Part shown: positions 44,050-54,161 of the stretch, one piece after another | Layout of the letters: every line of letters starts with the position of its first letter | Numbering within the stretch: position 1 is the first letter of the stretch | NCBI GenBank assembly: GCA_963727485.1 | Contig: CAVSGM010000003.1 | Coordinates: 448,001 to 512,000, forward strand | Direction: 5' to 3' | DNA: 64,000 nucleotides | DNA from: an uncultured delta proteobacterium | GTDB taxonomy: Bacteria; Myxococcota; Myxococcia; SLRQ01 | Translations under genes and position numbers: made by a program | The notes under the pieces: generated by a model | Databases searched by the model: none | The model's input: the letters and a program-made list of their open reading frames with translations, nothing else | What the model was told of the DNA's origin: nothing

Positions 44050-46582
44050 GGTGGACGCCCTTGGGGACCGGGCCACGGCAAGCTACGACGTGCTGGGCCG
44101 GCAGATGTCCACCAAGGACGCCTTGGGCCACACGACCCACACGGAGTACGATGCAGACGGCCGGGTGGAGGCGACGGTGGACGCGCGGGGCGCCCGGACG
44201 GAGAGGACCTACGACGCCGTGGGACGTCTCATCGCGACGAAGATGGCCGACGGGGGTACCACCGGGTACGCGTACTGCGCGGACGAGCCGGGGTCGGCGC
44301 CGTGCGAGGTGGTGGACCCCATGGGCCGGGTCACCACCATGAAGCACGATGCCCTGGGCCGCCAGAGCTCGGTCACCGACGCCCTGGGCGACACGAGCAC
44401 CACCACCTACGACAAGATGGGCCGGCGGTCCTCGGTCACCGACCCCAACGGCCACACGACGAAGTACAGCTACGACCACGACGGCCGGCTGTTCAACGTG
44501 ATGAGCCCGCTGTCGGCCTACAACGCCTCGGTGACCTACGCCTACGACGCCCGGGGCAACCGGACCAAGGTCACCGACGCCCTCGGTCACGCGACAACCT
44601 TCGCCTACGACCTGGCGAACCACCTGCTGACCGAGACCACGCCCATCGGGACCACGACCAGCTACACCTACGACCCCACGGGCAACCGGGCGACGCGGAC
44701 CGACGCCTCGAGCCGGACGACGACCTACACCTACGACCCGAACCACGAGCTGCTGGAGAAGCACTTCGCCGACGGGGTGGTGCACACGTTCAAGTACGAC
44801 AGCCGGGGCAACCGGACCTACGAGGAGGACCCGGCGGTGGCGAGGACGCGGGTCTACGACGCGATCAGCCGGCTGAAGTCGGTGACCGACCACGCGCTGA
44901 ACAAGACCATCGACTACCGCTACGACGCCAACGGGAACCGGACGAGGCTGACCTGGGACGGGAAGGTGATCCGGTACCAGTACGACCAGATGAACCGGCT
45001 GGTGGAGGTGGTGGACCCGGAGGGCGGGATCGCGCGGCTGACCTACGACCGGTCGGGGAAGCGGACGAGCCTCACCTACGCGAACGGGATCCTGGCGAGC
45101 TACCGGTATGACGGGGCGGGGCGGCTCACGGACATCGTGTACACCAAGCCCGACGGGACGGTGGTGGAGAGCTTCCACTACGACCTGGACCGAGCGGGGA
45201 ACCGGCTGACCAAGGGCTTCGCGGACGGGACGCGGGAGGTGTACACGTACGACGCGGCGAACCGGCTGACCGGGGTGACCTACGGCGACGGGCGGCACGT
45301 GAGCTACAACCTGGACCTGGTGGGCAACCGGCAGGCGCTCCGGGAGACCAACCCGAACGGCTCGGTGGCCCGGGACGAGACCTACCGGTACAACGCGTTC
45401 AACCAGCTGACGACGCGGACGATCTCGACCGGGTACCCGAACCGCACGGTGGAGACCTACGGGTACGACCCCCAGGGGGCGATGACGAGCAAGGTGGCGC
45501 AGGTCACGACCAGCGCCGGTACCACAACCGAGACGACGACCTACAGCTACAACAGCAACGAGCGAATGACGGCCGTCGTTCTGCCAGATGGAGCAACAAA
45601 CTCCTTCGCTTACGACGCCGCCGGGCGCAGGGTGTACCGCCAGACAACATCGGTCCGTACCAGTTATCTGGAAAGTGACGGGAAGGTTCTGGCTGCCTAC
45701 GGCTCCGGCTCGGCTTCTTCGGAGGTGCTCGTTTGGGATCCGGACCGTAGGGCCGGCCTTGTAGAAGTGGCAGACCCCTCCGGTGTGGTCACCCCCCTGG
45801 CCGACGCGCTGGGCAGCCCGTATCGGTACCTGACTTCAGACCGGGACTACTCCGCATCCTACACTGCCTATGGGGCCTCCAATGTGCTTGCCGACCCTGC
45901 GTACCTCGATTGGTCGTTCGCGGGCCTGCAACTCGATAGACAGGCCCACCTTCTGTACGGGCACAACCGGTACCTGATCTCGGGGATTGGTCGATGGAAC
46001 AGGCTCGATCCGGATGGTCATGGCTACCTGTACGTTCGCGACAATCCGGTGATGTGGATCGACCCAGAGGGTCTCTACCGAGTAGGTAATGATGTTGCTC
46101 CGATTGGCATCGACGCGATGACGATTGAAAGCGCCTATTATAGCATTCTTCTCAACCTGGCATCAGGCAAGCCTTGTTCGACGTGCGAGGCATACTTCAG
46201 CGAGCTCGGGATGGAGTTCAAGCCACAGCAGGAGAAGGTGTGGGGCTTCGTGACGATGTATCAACAGCTCGATATCGTTGCGATCAATGTGGCCACCCTT
46301 GAGACGAAGCAGCCGGAAATTGCATTGAGGCTCAGAAGCGGAGACCTCAACGACCTGAACAATGGTTACTCGGTGCCGGGAAAGCCAGCGATGTGGCTGC
46401 TGAAGGAGACTCTCACGTACGCTCCCATGTGTTCTATCGAACACACGATTGTCCACGAACTGGCGCACACCATGGGTCTTCGGGATGAGGCTCGCGCCTA
46501 TCTTGAGGTCCCGGGTGCTTGTGGATTCTTCAAGCCAGACTGCTACTACGTTCCCCTTGGCATTGGGCCGTGGCATGAGTAG
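44050..46582 (+). pseudogene. Orphan rhs cassette 2 with an HExxH metallopeptidase-like CT
   Basis: Core copy; DNPVMWIDPEGL; TIVHELAHTMGLRDEARAY. Confidence 0.82.
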
Positions 46583-47027
46583 GCGCGTCTTCGTCTTGGC
46601 GATCCTTGGGGTCCTATCTTGCAGAGCGAGGGGTGCGCCAGGGGAGGTGTCCTCCGGTGACGCCTCACAACACCAGGCGGCCATGGCATGCTCTAAGGTG
46701 ACGCTGCATCCCCTAGAACAGTACTGGGCCGACGCCTATGGGAAGCCTGGTCACGTAGTAGAACAACCATGGACAGCGATCCCGGCCTTTTCCGGGTCGC
46801 GCCCGTTGGGCTTCAAGGTCGTGCGGCTTCGCCAAGGGTGGTCTCACCGTTTGAAGATACGCCCGGGAGATATCATTGTGAGCGTAGCCGGAAGACCGAC
46901 AGTCAACCCGGATCAGATGCTGGCCGTCATGGACAAGATCAAGGCAAGCCATCCAGCGACGGTGAGGGTCTACATGTTGCGCGGTGGTCACCGGGTATGC
47001 AGCGACTACCAGTTGGTATGGCGCTAG
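46575..47027 (+). CDS. PDZ-domain lipoprotein, putative immunity protein of orphan 2
   Basis: MSRRVFVLAILGVLSC lipobox; GFKVV...IRPGDIIVSVAG...RGG PDZ pattern; overlaps the CT stop. Confidence 0.7.
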   Translation: MSRRVFVLAILGVLSCRARGAPGEVSSGDASQHQAAMACSKVTLHPLEQYWADAYGKPGHVVEQPWTAIPAFSGSRPLGFKVVRLRQGWSHRLKIRPGDIIVSVAGRPTVNPDQMLAVMDKIKASHPATVRVYMLRGGHRVCSDYQLVWR

Positions 47028-47037
47028 AGCCAACGGT

Positions 47038-49600
47038 CGCCTTGGGCCACACGACCCACACGGAGTACGATGGGGACGGCCGGGTGGCGGCGACGGTGGA
47101 CGCGCGGGGCGCCCGGACGGAGAGGACCTACGACGCCGTGGGACGTCTCATCGCGACGAAGATGGCCGACGGGGGCACCACCGGCTACGCGTACTGCGCC
47201 GACGAGCCGGGGTCGGCGCCGTGCGAGGTCGTGGACCCCATGGGCCGGGTGACCACCATGAAGCACGACGCCCTGGGCCGCCAGAGCTCGGTCACCGACG
47301 CGCTGGGCGACACGACCACCACCGCCTACGACAACATGGGCCGGCGCTCGGCGGTCACAGACCCCAACGGCCACACCACCAGGTACACCTACGACTACGA
47401 CGGCCGACTCCGTCAGGTGATGGGCCCGCTGTCGGCCTACAACGCCGAGGTGGCTTACCGGTACGACGCCCGCGGCAACCGCACCAAGGTCACCGACGGC
47501 CTCGGCCACGCGACGACGTTCACCTACGACCTGGCGAACCACCTGCTCTCCGAGACCACGCCCATCGGGACCACCACCAGCTACACCTACGACCCCACGG
47601 GCAACCGGGCGACGAGGACCGACGCCTCGAGCCGGACGACGACCTACACCTACGACCCGAACCACGAGCTCCTGGAGAAGCACTTCGCCGACGGGGTGGT
47701 GCACCGGTTCCAGTACGACAGCCGGGGCAACCGGACCTACGAGGAGGACCCGGCGGTGGCGAGGATGCGGGTCTACGACGCCATCAGCCGGCTGAAGTCG
47801 GTGACCGACCACGCGCTGAACAAGACCATCGACTACCGCTACGACGCCAACGGGAACCGGACGAGGCTGACCTGGGACGGGAAGGTGATCCGGTACCACT
47901 ACGACCAGATGAACCGGCTGGTGGAGGTGGTGGACCCGGAGGGCGGGATCGCGCGGCTGGCCTACGACCGGTCGGGGAAGCGGACGAGCCTCACGTACGC
48001 CAACGGGATCCTGGCGAGCTACCGGTACGACGGGGCCGGGCGGCTCACGGACATCGTGTACACCAAGCCCGACGGGACGGTGGTGGAGAGCTTCCACTAC
48101 GACCTGGACCGCGCAGGGAACCGGCTGACGAAGGGCTTCGCGGACGGGACGCGGGAGGTGTACACCTACGACGCGGCGAACCGGCTGACCGGGGTGACCT
48201 ACGGCGACGGGCGGCACGTGGACTACGGCCTGGACCTGGTGGGCAACCGGCAGGCGCTGCGGGAGACCAACCCGGACGGCAGCGTGGCCCGGGACGAGAC
48301 CTACCGGTACAACGCGTTCAGCCAGCTGACGACGCGGACGATCGCGGCGTACGGCGCCGCTGGCACGACGCGGACAACCGAGACCTACGGGTATGACCCG
48401 CAGGGGGCGATGACGAGCAAGGTGGCGCAGGTGACCACCAGCGCGGGCAGCACGACCGAGACTACGATCTACGCCTACAACACAGATGACCGTCTGATCC
48501 AGGCGACCCTGCCCAGTGGAACCAAGGAGGAGTATTCCTACGGGCCGAATGGACTTCGTGTCACTTGGAAAAGCCCCCAGGGTTTGCGCCAATACGTAAT
48601 GGATAGGTCGACGGTCCTCGAAGCGGTGGGCGACTCTGCCATGGGATCCTATGTTCTCACAGAGAATCCAGAACGTTCGGATGAGACGCTCACAGCGCTA
48701 GTAGTTGCCGCGGATCGCCCGGCAACACGCCGGCCGGTCTATCCAGTCACCGACGCCCTTGGTAGCTGGTACGGAGTCACGGACAGCTCCGGCGCACCTG
48801 AGCTTGGCGCCTCGTATGACGCCTACGGTCGCCCCACTCCGATGTCGAGCCCCGGCTTGCCTGTGGCCTTTCAAGGGCGCACTATCGATGAAAGTGGCCT
48901 CCTCTATGCGCGGTCGCGGTACCTTGACCCAGTGCTAGGTTTGTGGCTGCGGCCAGATCCCCTTTCGGAGTCCAGGCTGCGCGGCGACCCGGAATACGCA
49001 TTCTCTGACTTGGGTGCGCGGACGAATCCAGAGTCGCCGCCGCGTGCCGCTAGTCAAACCTATGTATTTGCGCATCGGAGTCCGACCATGTGGGTCGACC
49101 CCACCGGGCTGCGGGCGGACCTGTCAAGTTCAGAATGGCTCAGATGGCCAATTACAAAGGTGAGGGTGTTGTATCTGTATCGAATGCTCGCGTCAGACTC
49201 ACGCGCCCATGCATGGTTTGCCAAGTGGGGACGGCCAGATCCGTTCTTCAACGTTGAGACGTTCTACATGGAATTCCATCATTACTTGATGTCTGCTTTC
49301 ATTGGTGTTCAGGAGTTGATCGACGGAATGGGAAACGTGCTCTCTGACACTGGGACTTGGACGCATGACATTTACATTACAGAGGCTGGAGCAGAGCTGC
49401 CTGACGCCAATCTAATGGCCCAGGTGATAATGCATGAGCTGAACAACTGGTCATTCCTTGCGGAGTATGAACTCCCGCATGACAACAGCTTGCCGGATGG
49501 ATCCTACACGGCTGAGAATACAGCATATGATATATACTATGACGTCATGTCGGATCACAGCGCTGCCTGCGGTGACAGACCGATCCATGCCCCTGAGTGA
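47038..49600 (+). pseudogene. Orphan rhs cassette 3 with an HELNN-type CT, paralogous to the main CT
   Basis: Core copy; SPTMWVDPTGL; shares HAWFAKWGRPDPF and IMHELNNWSF with the main CT. Confidence 0.85.
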
Positions 49601-49659
49601 AGTGCTTGGTGTGTCTGTCCAGGGGCGTTGCTTGAAGGCGGTCGCTGGGAGTGCTTGAT

Positions 49660-49971
49660 ATGAAAGAACGAATTGGGGGTGTTTACGTCTACCTCGCCGC
49701 GTGTGCCGGCAGCTTTGGCCTGTCCCTGACTTCCCTGATTGTTTCGGGCGTGGCTGCAAGGCTCAATGGCGCCATGCGCGGGCTTCCACGCGGACTCGTG
49801 ATCAGCTCTGGGCTGGCCCAGGCGGCAGCGCCCCTGGACTGGTTCCGTCTACTTGCTCCCGTTGCGCTCCTGCTGGCGTTGCCTTGCGCGGTGAGGCCGA
49901 TGCGGGTGCTTGGGGTCATTGCCTTGGCTACTGCGGTAATCGCAGTCGGCTGTGCCGGGCTGTTCCCCTGA
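49660..49971 (+). CDS. Putative membrane immunity protein for orphan 3, distantly similar to 40703..41044
   Basis: About 3 TM segments; AMRGLPRGLVIS versus ALRGAPAGGVFS. Confidence 0.65.
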   Translation: MKERIGGVYVYLAACAGSFGLSLTSLIVSGVAARLNGAMRGLPRGLVISSGLAQAAAPLDWFRLLAPVALLLALPCAVRPMRVLGVIALATAVIAVGCAGLFP

Positions 49972-50071
49972 GTGCACGCAGAATGCAGCACCTATTGCGA
50001 GGTACACCTAGGAGCCGCTTCACTGGACAGAAGCCTGCTGGGCACCTCGGGTCCAAGGCCAAACGGAACGA

Positions 50072-50854
50072 ACGGAGTACGATGCAGACGGCCGGGTGGA
50101 GGCGACGGTGGACGCACGGGGCGCCCGGACGGAGAGGACCTACGACGCCGTGGGACGTCTCATCGCGACGAAGATGGCCGACGGGGGCACCACCGGGTAC
50201 GCCTACTGCGCGGACGAGCCGGGCTCGGCGCCGTGTGAGGTGGTGGCGGATCACATGGGCCCGCGGTCCTCGGTCACCGACCCCAAGGGCCACACCACCA
50301 GTAACACCTACGACTACGACGGCCGGCTCCGCCAGGTGATGGGCCCGCTGTCGGTCTACAACGCCGAGGTGGCCTACCGGTACGACGCCCGCGGCAACCG
50401 CACCAAGGTCACCGACGGCAATGGCCACGCGACGACGTTCACCTACGACCTGGCGAACCACCTCCTGTCCGAGACCACGCCCATCGGGACCACGACCAGC
50501 TACACCTACGACCCCACGGGCAACCGGGCGACCCGGACCGACGCCTCGAGCCGGACGACGACCTACACCTACGACCCGAACCACGAGCTGCTGGAGAAGC
50601 ACTTCGCCGACGGGGTGGTGCCTCTGTGCGAGGAGGACCCGGCGGTGGCGAGAACGCGGGTCTACGACGCGACCAGCCGGCTGAACTCGGTGACCGACCA
50701 CGCGCTGAACAAGACCATCGACTGCCGCTACGACGCCAACGGCAACCGGACGAGGCTGACCTGGGACGGAAAGATGTTTCGGTACCGGTACGACCAGCGG
50801 CTGCTCAGACTGTCGCTTGGCGTCTGTGGAAACGACGTGGATGCACTGACATGA
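50072..50854 (+). pseudogene. Degenerate orphan rhs fragment 4: internal deletions, Rhs core and CT lost
   Basis: Starts at the same ACGGAGTACGA junction; deletions after PCEVV and DGVV; homology ends near 50795. Confidence 0.8.
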
Positions 50855-51069
50855 ACCGGACGCCGACGCCTGCGGACTTGGACGTCGATGGGCTCCCGGG
50901 GTGGACCTTTGACCTGGACGAGATATCAGCCGGCGGCTTCCGCATCCGCGCGGAGGATGCGGCAGGGCGTACGGTGGAGCTGACGGGTACCGATCCGGGC
51001 GCCCTCGTCGAAGACTGCAAGGCCGCAGTGAAGGGTCTGCTGGGACCCCCGCCGGGTGTCGAGGACTGA
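50851..51069 (+). CDS. Small acidic protein, candidate orphan immunity protein
   Basis: ATGA overlap with the fragment 4 stop; 72 aa, LPGWTFDLDEISAGGFRIRAED. Confidence 0.55.
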   Translation: MNRTPTPADLDVDGLPGWTFDLDEISAGGFRIRAEDAAGRTVELTGTDPGALVEDCKAAVKGLLGPPPGVED

Positions 51070-51090
51070 CCGCGTTTGGGGATCGTCTAC

Positions 51091-51396
51091 ATGGTGAGCC
51101 TGTGGGACCTGCTCTCCCTGCTTGTCGGGTGCGCGGCCGCCGGGGGCGGCTGCGCGGCGGTGTCGATCTACCGTGGCAGCGGCCTGCGGGAGATCGTGGC
51201 TTTGGTGATTGTTGCCGGTATCGCGATCGCGTCGGTGCCGGCAGTTCGTGCCGTGGGCCATCTGGTGGTCAAGCGAGCCGGTGCGTCGCCCTCGAGGCGG
51301 CGTTTCGTGGCCCCCTATGCGGTTGAGCTCGTGGGCATCGTGATCTTGCCGATGGTCGCCTTCCTCCTGGTTCGCCTCGTCCTGGGGGGCAGATGA
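51091..51396 (+). CDS. Small 3-TM protein, candidate immunity protein; paralog of 52716..53027
   Basis: MVSLWDLLSLLVG...VGIVILPMVAFLLVRLVL. Confidence 0.6.
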   Translation: MVSLWDLLSLLVGCAAAGGGCAAVSIYRGSGLREIVALVIVAGIAIASVPAVRAVGHLVVKRAGASPSRRRFVAPYAVELVGIVILPMVAFLLVRLVLGGR

Positions 51397-51431
51397 GTCG
51401 GCCACCCGAGCCGGCGCGAAAGGAGTAGCGC

Positions 51432-52038
51432 ATGGGCTGGTGGGAAGAGGCGGATGGCGCGCGCGTCGGGGACGAGGTCCTCGACGAACTCGACGACGTG
51501 CTCGACCAGGTGGGCGCCGCCTTGGCGCAGGAGCGAGGTGACCCGCCCACCGCAGCCGACATCTCGGCCATCCTCGCGGCGGCGCTGGAGACGCTGCGCG
51601 GCGAGCCAGTGGAGGTGGCCATCGAGCTGGAGCCCACCAGGCGGCCGAAGCGGCGCGCACCACGGCCCCCGGGCATCGAGCCTCGAGCCGGCGAATCTCC
51701 TGTGCCTCACGCTTGGGGACGGCAGGCACGGGCTGGCGCGCGTGCTTCGCGTCGAAGGCGCCGACTACCTGGTGGAGGCGATCGAGGGCGTCTACGCGAC
51801 GCCGCCGGCGCTGGGCGAGATCACCACGCTGGCGCCTCTTCGTGCCCCCGGCGCCGGTGGGGACGCGAGCGTCTTCCCGGTCCTCGTCGTCGATCCCCCG
51901 CCGGCCTCGGCCACCATGGTCGGCACCGTGCCCCCAACCCCGGCCGAGCGGCGGCGCGAGCCGCAGGCGCTGCAGGACTGGGACGGCCTGGCCGCGGCCA
52001 TCCTCGAGGACTCGCAGTCGCCGCGGGGTCCCGCATGA
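51432..52038 (+). CDS. Imm26-like immunity protein (frameshift near 51690)
   Basis: AAGGAG RBS; AG(N)LLCLTLGDGRHGLARVL...VEAIEGVYATPP; paralog of the next gene. Confidence 0.55.
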
Positions 52039-52622
52039 GCCAGGCGGCCATCGACCTCATCGAGGAGGCATTGAACCGGTGCACGCGGGCGTACCAGCAG
52101 GCGTTCGACGCGCCGCCCACGGTCGCCGACCTCTCGGCGCTGCTCTCGGCGGCGGTGGGCACCTTCTTCGACGCGCCGGCCCGCGTGACCCTGCACCCCC
52201 CGGGTCAAGGCCCTGCGGCGCCGCGCCCGGCATCGCAGCGGTCGCCCCCACCGGAGCTGGAGGTGCAGCCCGCGCGCGTGGGCGACGTCCTGGCGCTCGA
52301 GCTCGACGACGGCCGGCTCGGCGTGGCCCGCATCCTCCAGGTGGCCCGGCGCGGCTACGTGGTCGAGGCCCTCGACGGCGTCTTCGAGGCACCGCCGACC
52401 CTCGACCAGGTGCGCGCCCTCGAGCGCCTCCGGGAGCACGGCGGCCCGTTCGCGGGGCAGGCGCTCGTCCGCCACGTCGATGGCGAGCCTCCGGCCTCGG
52501 CGCGCCTGCTGGGCCGCCTCCTCCCGACCGTGGCCCAGTACCGCGAGGCGCCGCGGATTTACGAGGAGTGGTCGAGCGTCACCGGCGACATCCTCCGGAG
52601 CACGTCGAGCCGGCGGCAGTGA
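52035..52622 (+). CDS. Imm26-like immunity protein
   Basis: ATGA overlap; VGDVLALELDDGRLGVARIL...VEALDGVFEAPPTL. Confidence 0.6.
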   Translation: MSQAAIDLIEEALNRCTRAYQQAFDAPPTVADLSALLSAAVGTFFDAPARVTLHPPGQGPAAPRPASQRSPPPELEVQPARVGDVLALELDDGRLGVARILQVARRGYVVEALDGVFEAPPTLDQVRALERLREHGGPFAGQALVRHVDGEPPASARLLGRLLPTVAQYREAPRIYEEWSSVTGDILRSTSSRRQ

Positions 52623-52715
52623 CTTGACCGGTTCCGGAGGCCAGCACTCCGGAGTTTCGGGTCTCCCACTCGCCATCTGGGCCCAAGTTGACGCAACATC
52701 CCGACCATAGGGGGT

Positions 52716-53027
52716 GTGCCCATGGCGAGTCTGTTGGAAGTGTTCTCGCTGCTGGTGGGTGGCGGGACGATCGCGGGTGGCCTGGCGGCGCCGTCACTTG
52801 GCCGCGCCAGCGTGCTGGCTGGGTTCCTCGTCTCGGCGCTCATCGTCGGCATGGCCTTCGGGGCGGTGCGGCTGGTGCGCATGGCCTGCCGCCGGATCAT
52901 GGCGCGCGCAGGCGACGCGCCTCGGGGTCCGCTGGTGGTGGTGCCCTGCGTGATCCAGCTCGCGTCGATCGGGATCATGCCGGTGGTCACCTTCTTCGTG
53001 GTCCAGCTGGTCCTGACCAAGGGCTGA
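52716..53027 (+). CDS. Small 3-TM protein; paralog of 51091..51396
   Basis: MASLLEVFSLLVG...ASIGIMPVVTFFVVQLVL. Confidence 0.6.
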   Translation: MPMASLLEVFSLLVGGGTIAGGLAAPSLGRASVLAGFLVSALIVGMAFGAVRLVRMACRRIMARAGDAPRGPLVVVPCVIQLASIGIMPVVTFFVVQLVLTKG

Positions 53028-53091
53028 CGCGGCTGGCAGCGCCGACGCACCCGGGTTGCCACGGCGGCCGCCCGGCGTAGACAGTCAGGCC

Positions 53092-54106
53092 ATGGCCCAG
53101 CCCAGCTCCCCGTCGCGTCCCCTGTCCCTCCTGGTCCTCGGCGGCACCCGCTTCGTCGGGCGCCACCTGGTCGACGCCGCGGTGGCGCGTGGCCACACGG
53201 TCACGCTGTTCAACCGCGGCCAGAGCGACGACTCGCTCTTCCCCGACCTGGAGCACCTCCACGGCGACCGCGACGGCGGGCTCGGCGTCCTCGAGGGGCG
53301 CACCTGGGACGCCGTCGTCGACACCTGCGGCTACGTGCCCCGGATCGTCGGCCAGTCCGTGGACGCGCTGAAGGGCGCGGTGGGCCGATACCTCTTCGTC
53401 TCCACCATCTCGGTCTACGACGAGCCCATGGTCGCCGGCGCCGGCGAGGACGCGCCGCTCAAGACCCTGGACGACCCTGGCGTCGAGACCGTCACCCCGG
53501 AGACCTACGGCGGCCTCAAGGTCCTCTGCGAGCAGCGCGTCACCGGGGCCTTCGGCGACCGCGCCACCGTGGTGCGCCCGGGGATGATTGTCGGGCCCCA
53601 CGACCCCACCGATCGCTACACCTGGTGGGCGGTGCGCGTGCGCCAGGGCGGCGAGGTGCTGGTGCCGGGCACCGCCGAGCGCCCGGTCCAGTTCATCGAC
53701 GCCCGGGACCTCGGCGCCTTCATGGTCGCGCTCCTGGAGCAGGACACGCCCGGGGTGTTCAACGCCACCGGGCCCGGGGCGCCGCTGGCCTGGGGCGCGT
53801 GGATGTCGGGGCTTCGCGAGGCCGCCGGCGCGGAGGCGACGCTGCGCTGGGTCGACGACGCGTTCCTCGAGGCCCAGGGCGTCACCGGCGCCGAGCTGCC
53901 CTTCTGGGTCCCGCCGCCGGACGAGCAGATCTTCGGCGTCAGCATCCAGCGGGCCGTCGAGCAGGGCCTCACGTTCCGCCCGGCCCTCGAGACCGCGCGC
54001 GACACCCTGGCCTGGCGGGCCGACGCGAGCGTGGCGGACCTCGCCGTCGGCCTCGACCCGGCGCGCGAGGCGAAGCTCCTCGCCCAGGCAGCCCGCCGCC
54101 AAATAG
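53092..54106 (+). CDS. NAD-dependent epimerase/dehydratase (atypical SDR); probable stop is TAG at 54104-54106 after an indel
   Basis: VLGGTRFVG, WDAVVDTCGY, FVSTISVY, YGGLK, QFIDARDL. Confidence 0.85.
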
Positions 54107-54140
54107 AAACGGGGCCCGAGGGCTCGCGCCCCAGGCCCCG
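54101..54140 (-). terminator. Rho-independent terminator
   Basis: Minus strand CGGGGCCTGGGGC-GCGA-GCCCTCGGGCCCCG followed by TTTCTATTT, just past the stop at 54162. Confidence 0.7.
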
Positions 54141-54161
54141 CGGATCACGCAGCGACCTCGC

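Noticed and set aside
38216..50800. Rhs copies as a diversity-generating retroelement or invertible shufflon
   Set aside because: No reverse transcriptase or recombinase in the window; all copies are direct repeats and the differences are not adenine-specific.
51432..52622. Single 396-aa ORF
   Set aside because: Better explained as two paralogous genes joined by a frameshift near 51690, with an ATGA overlap at 52035.
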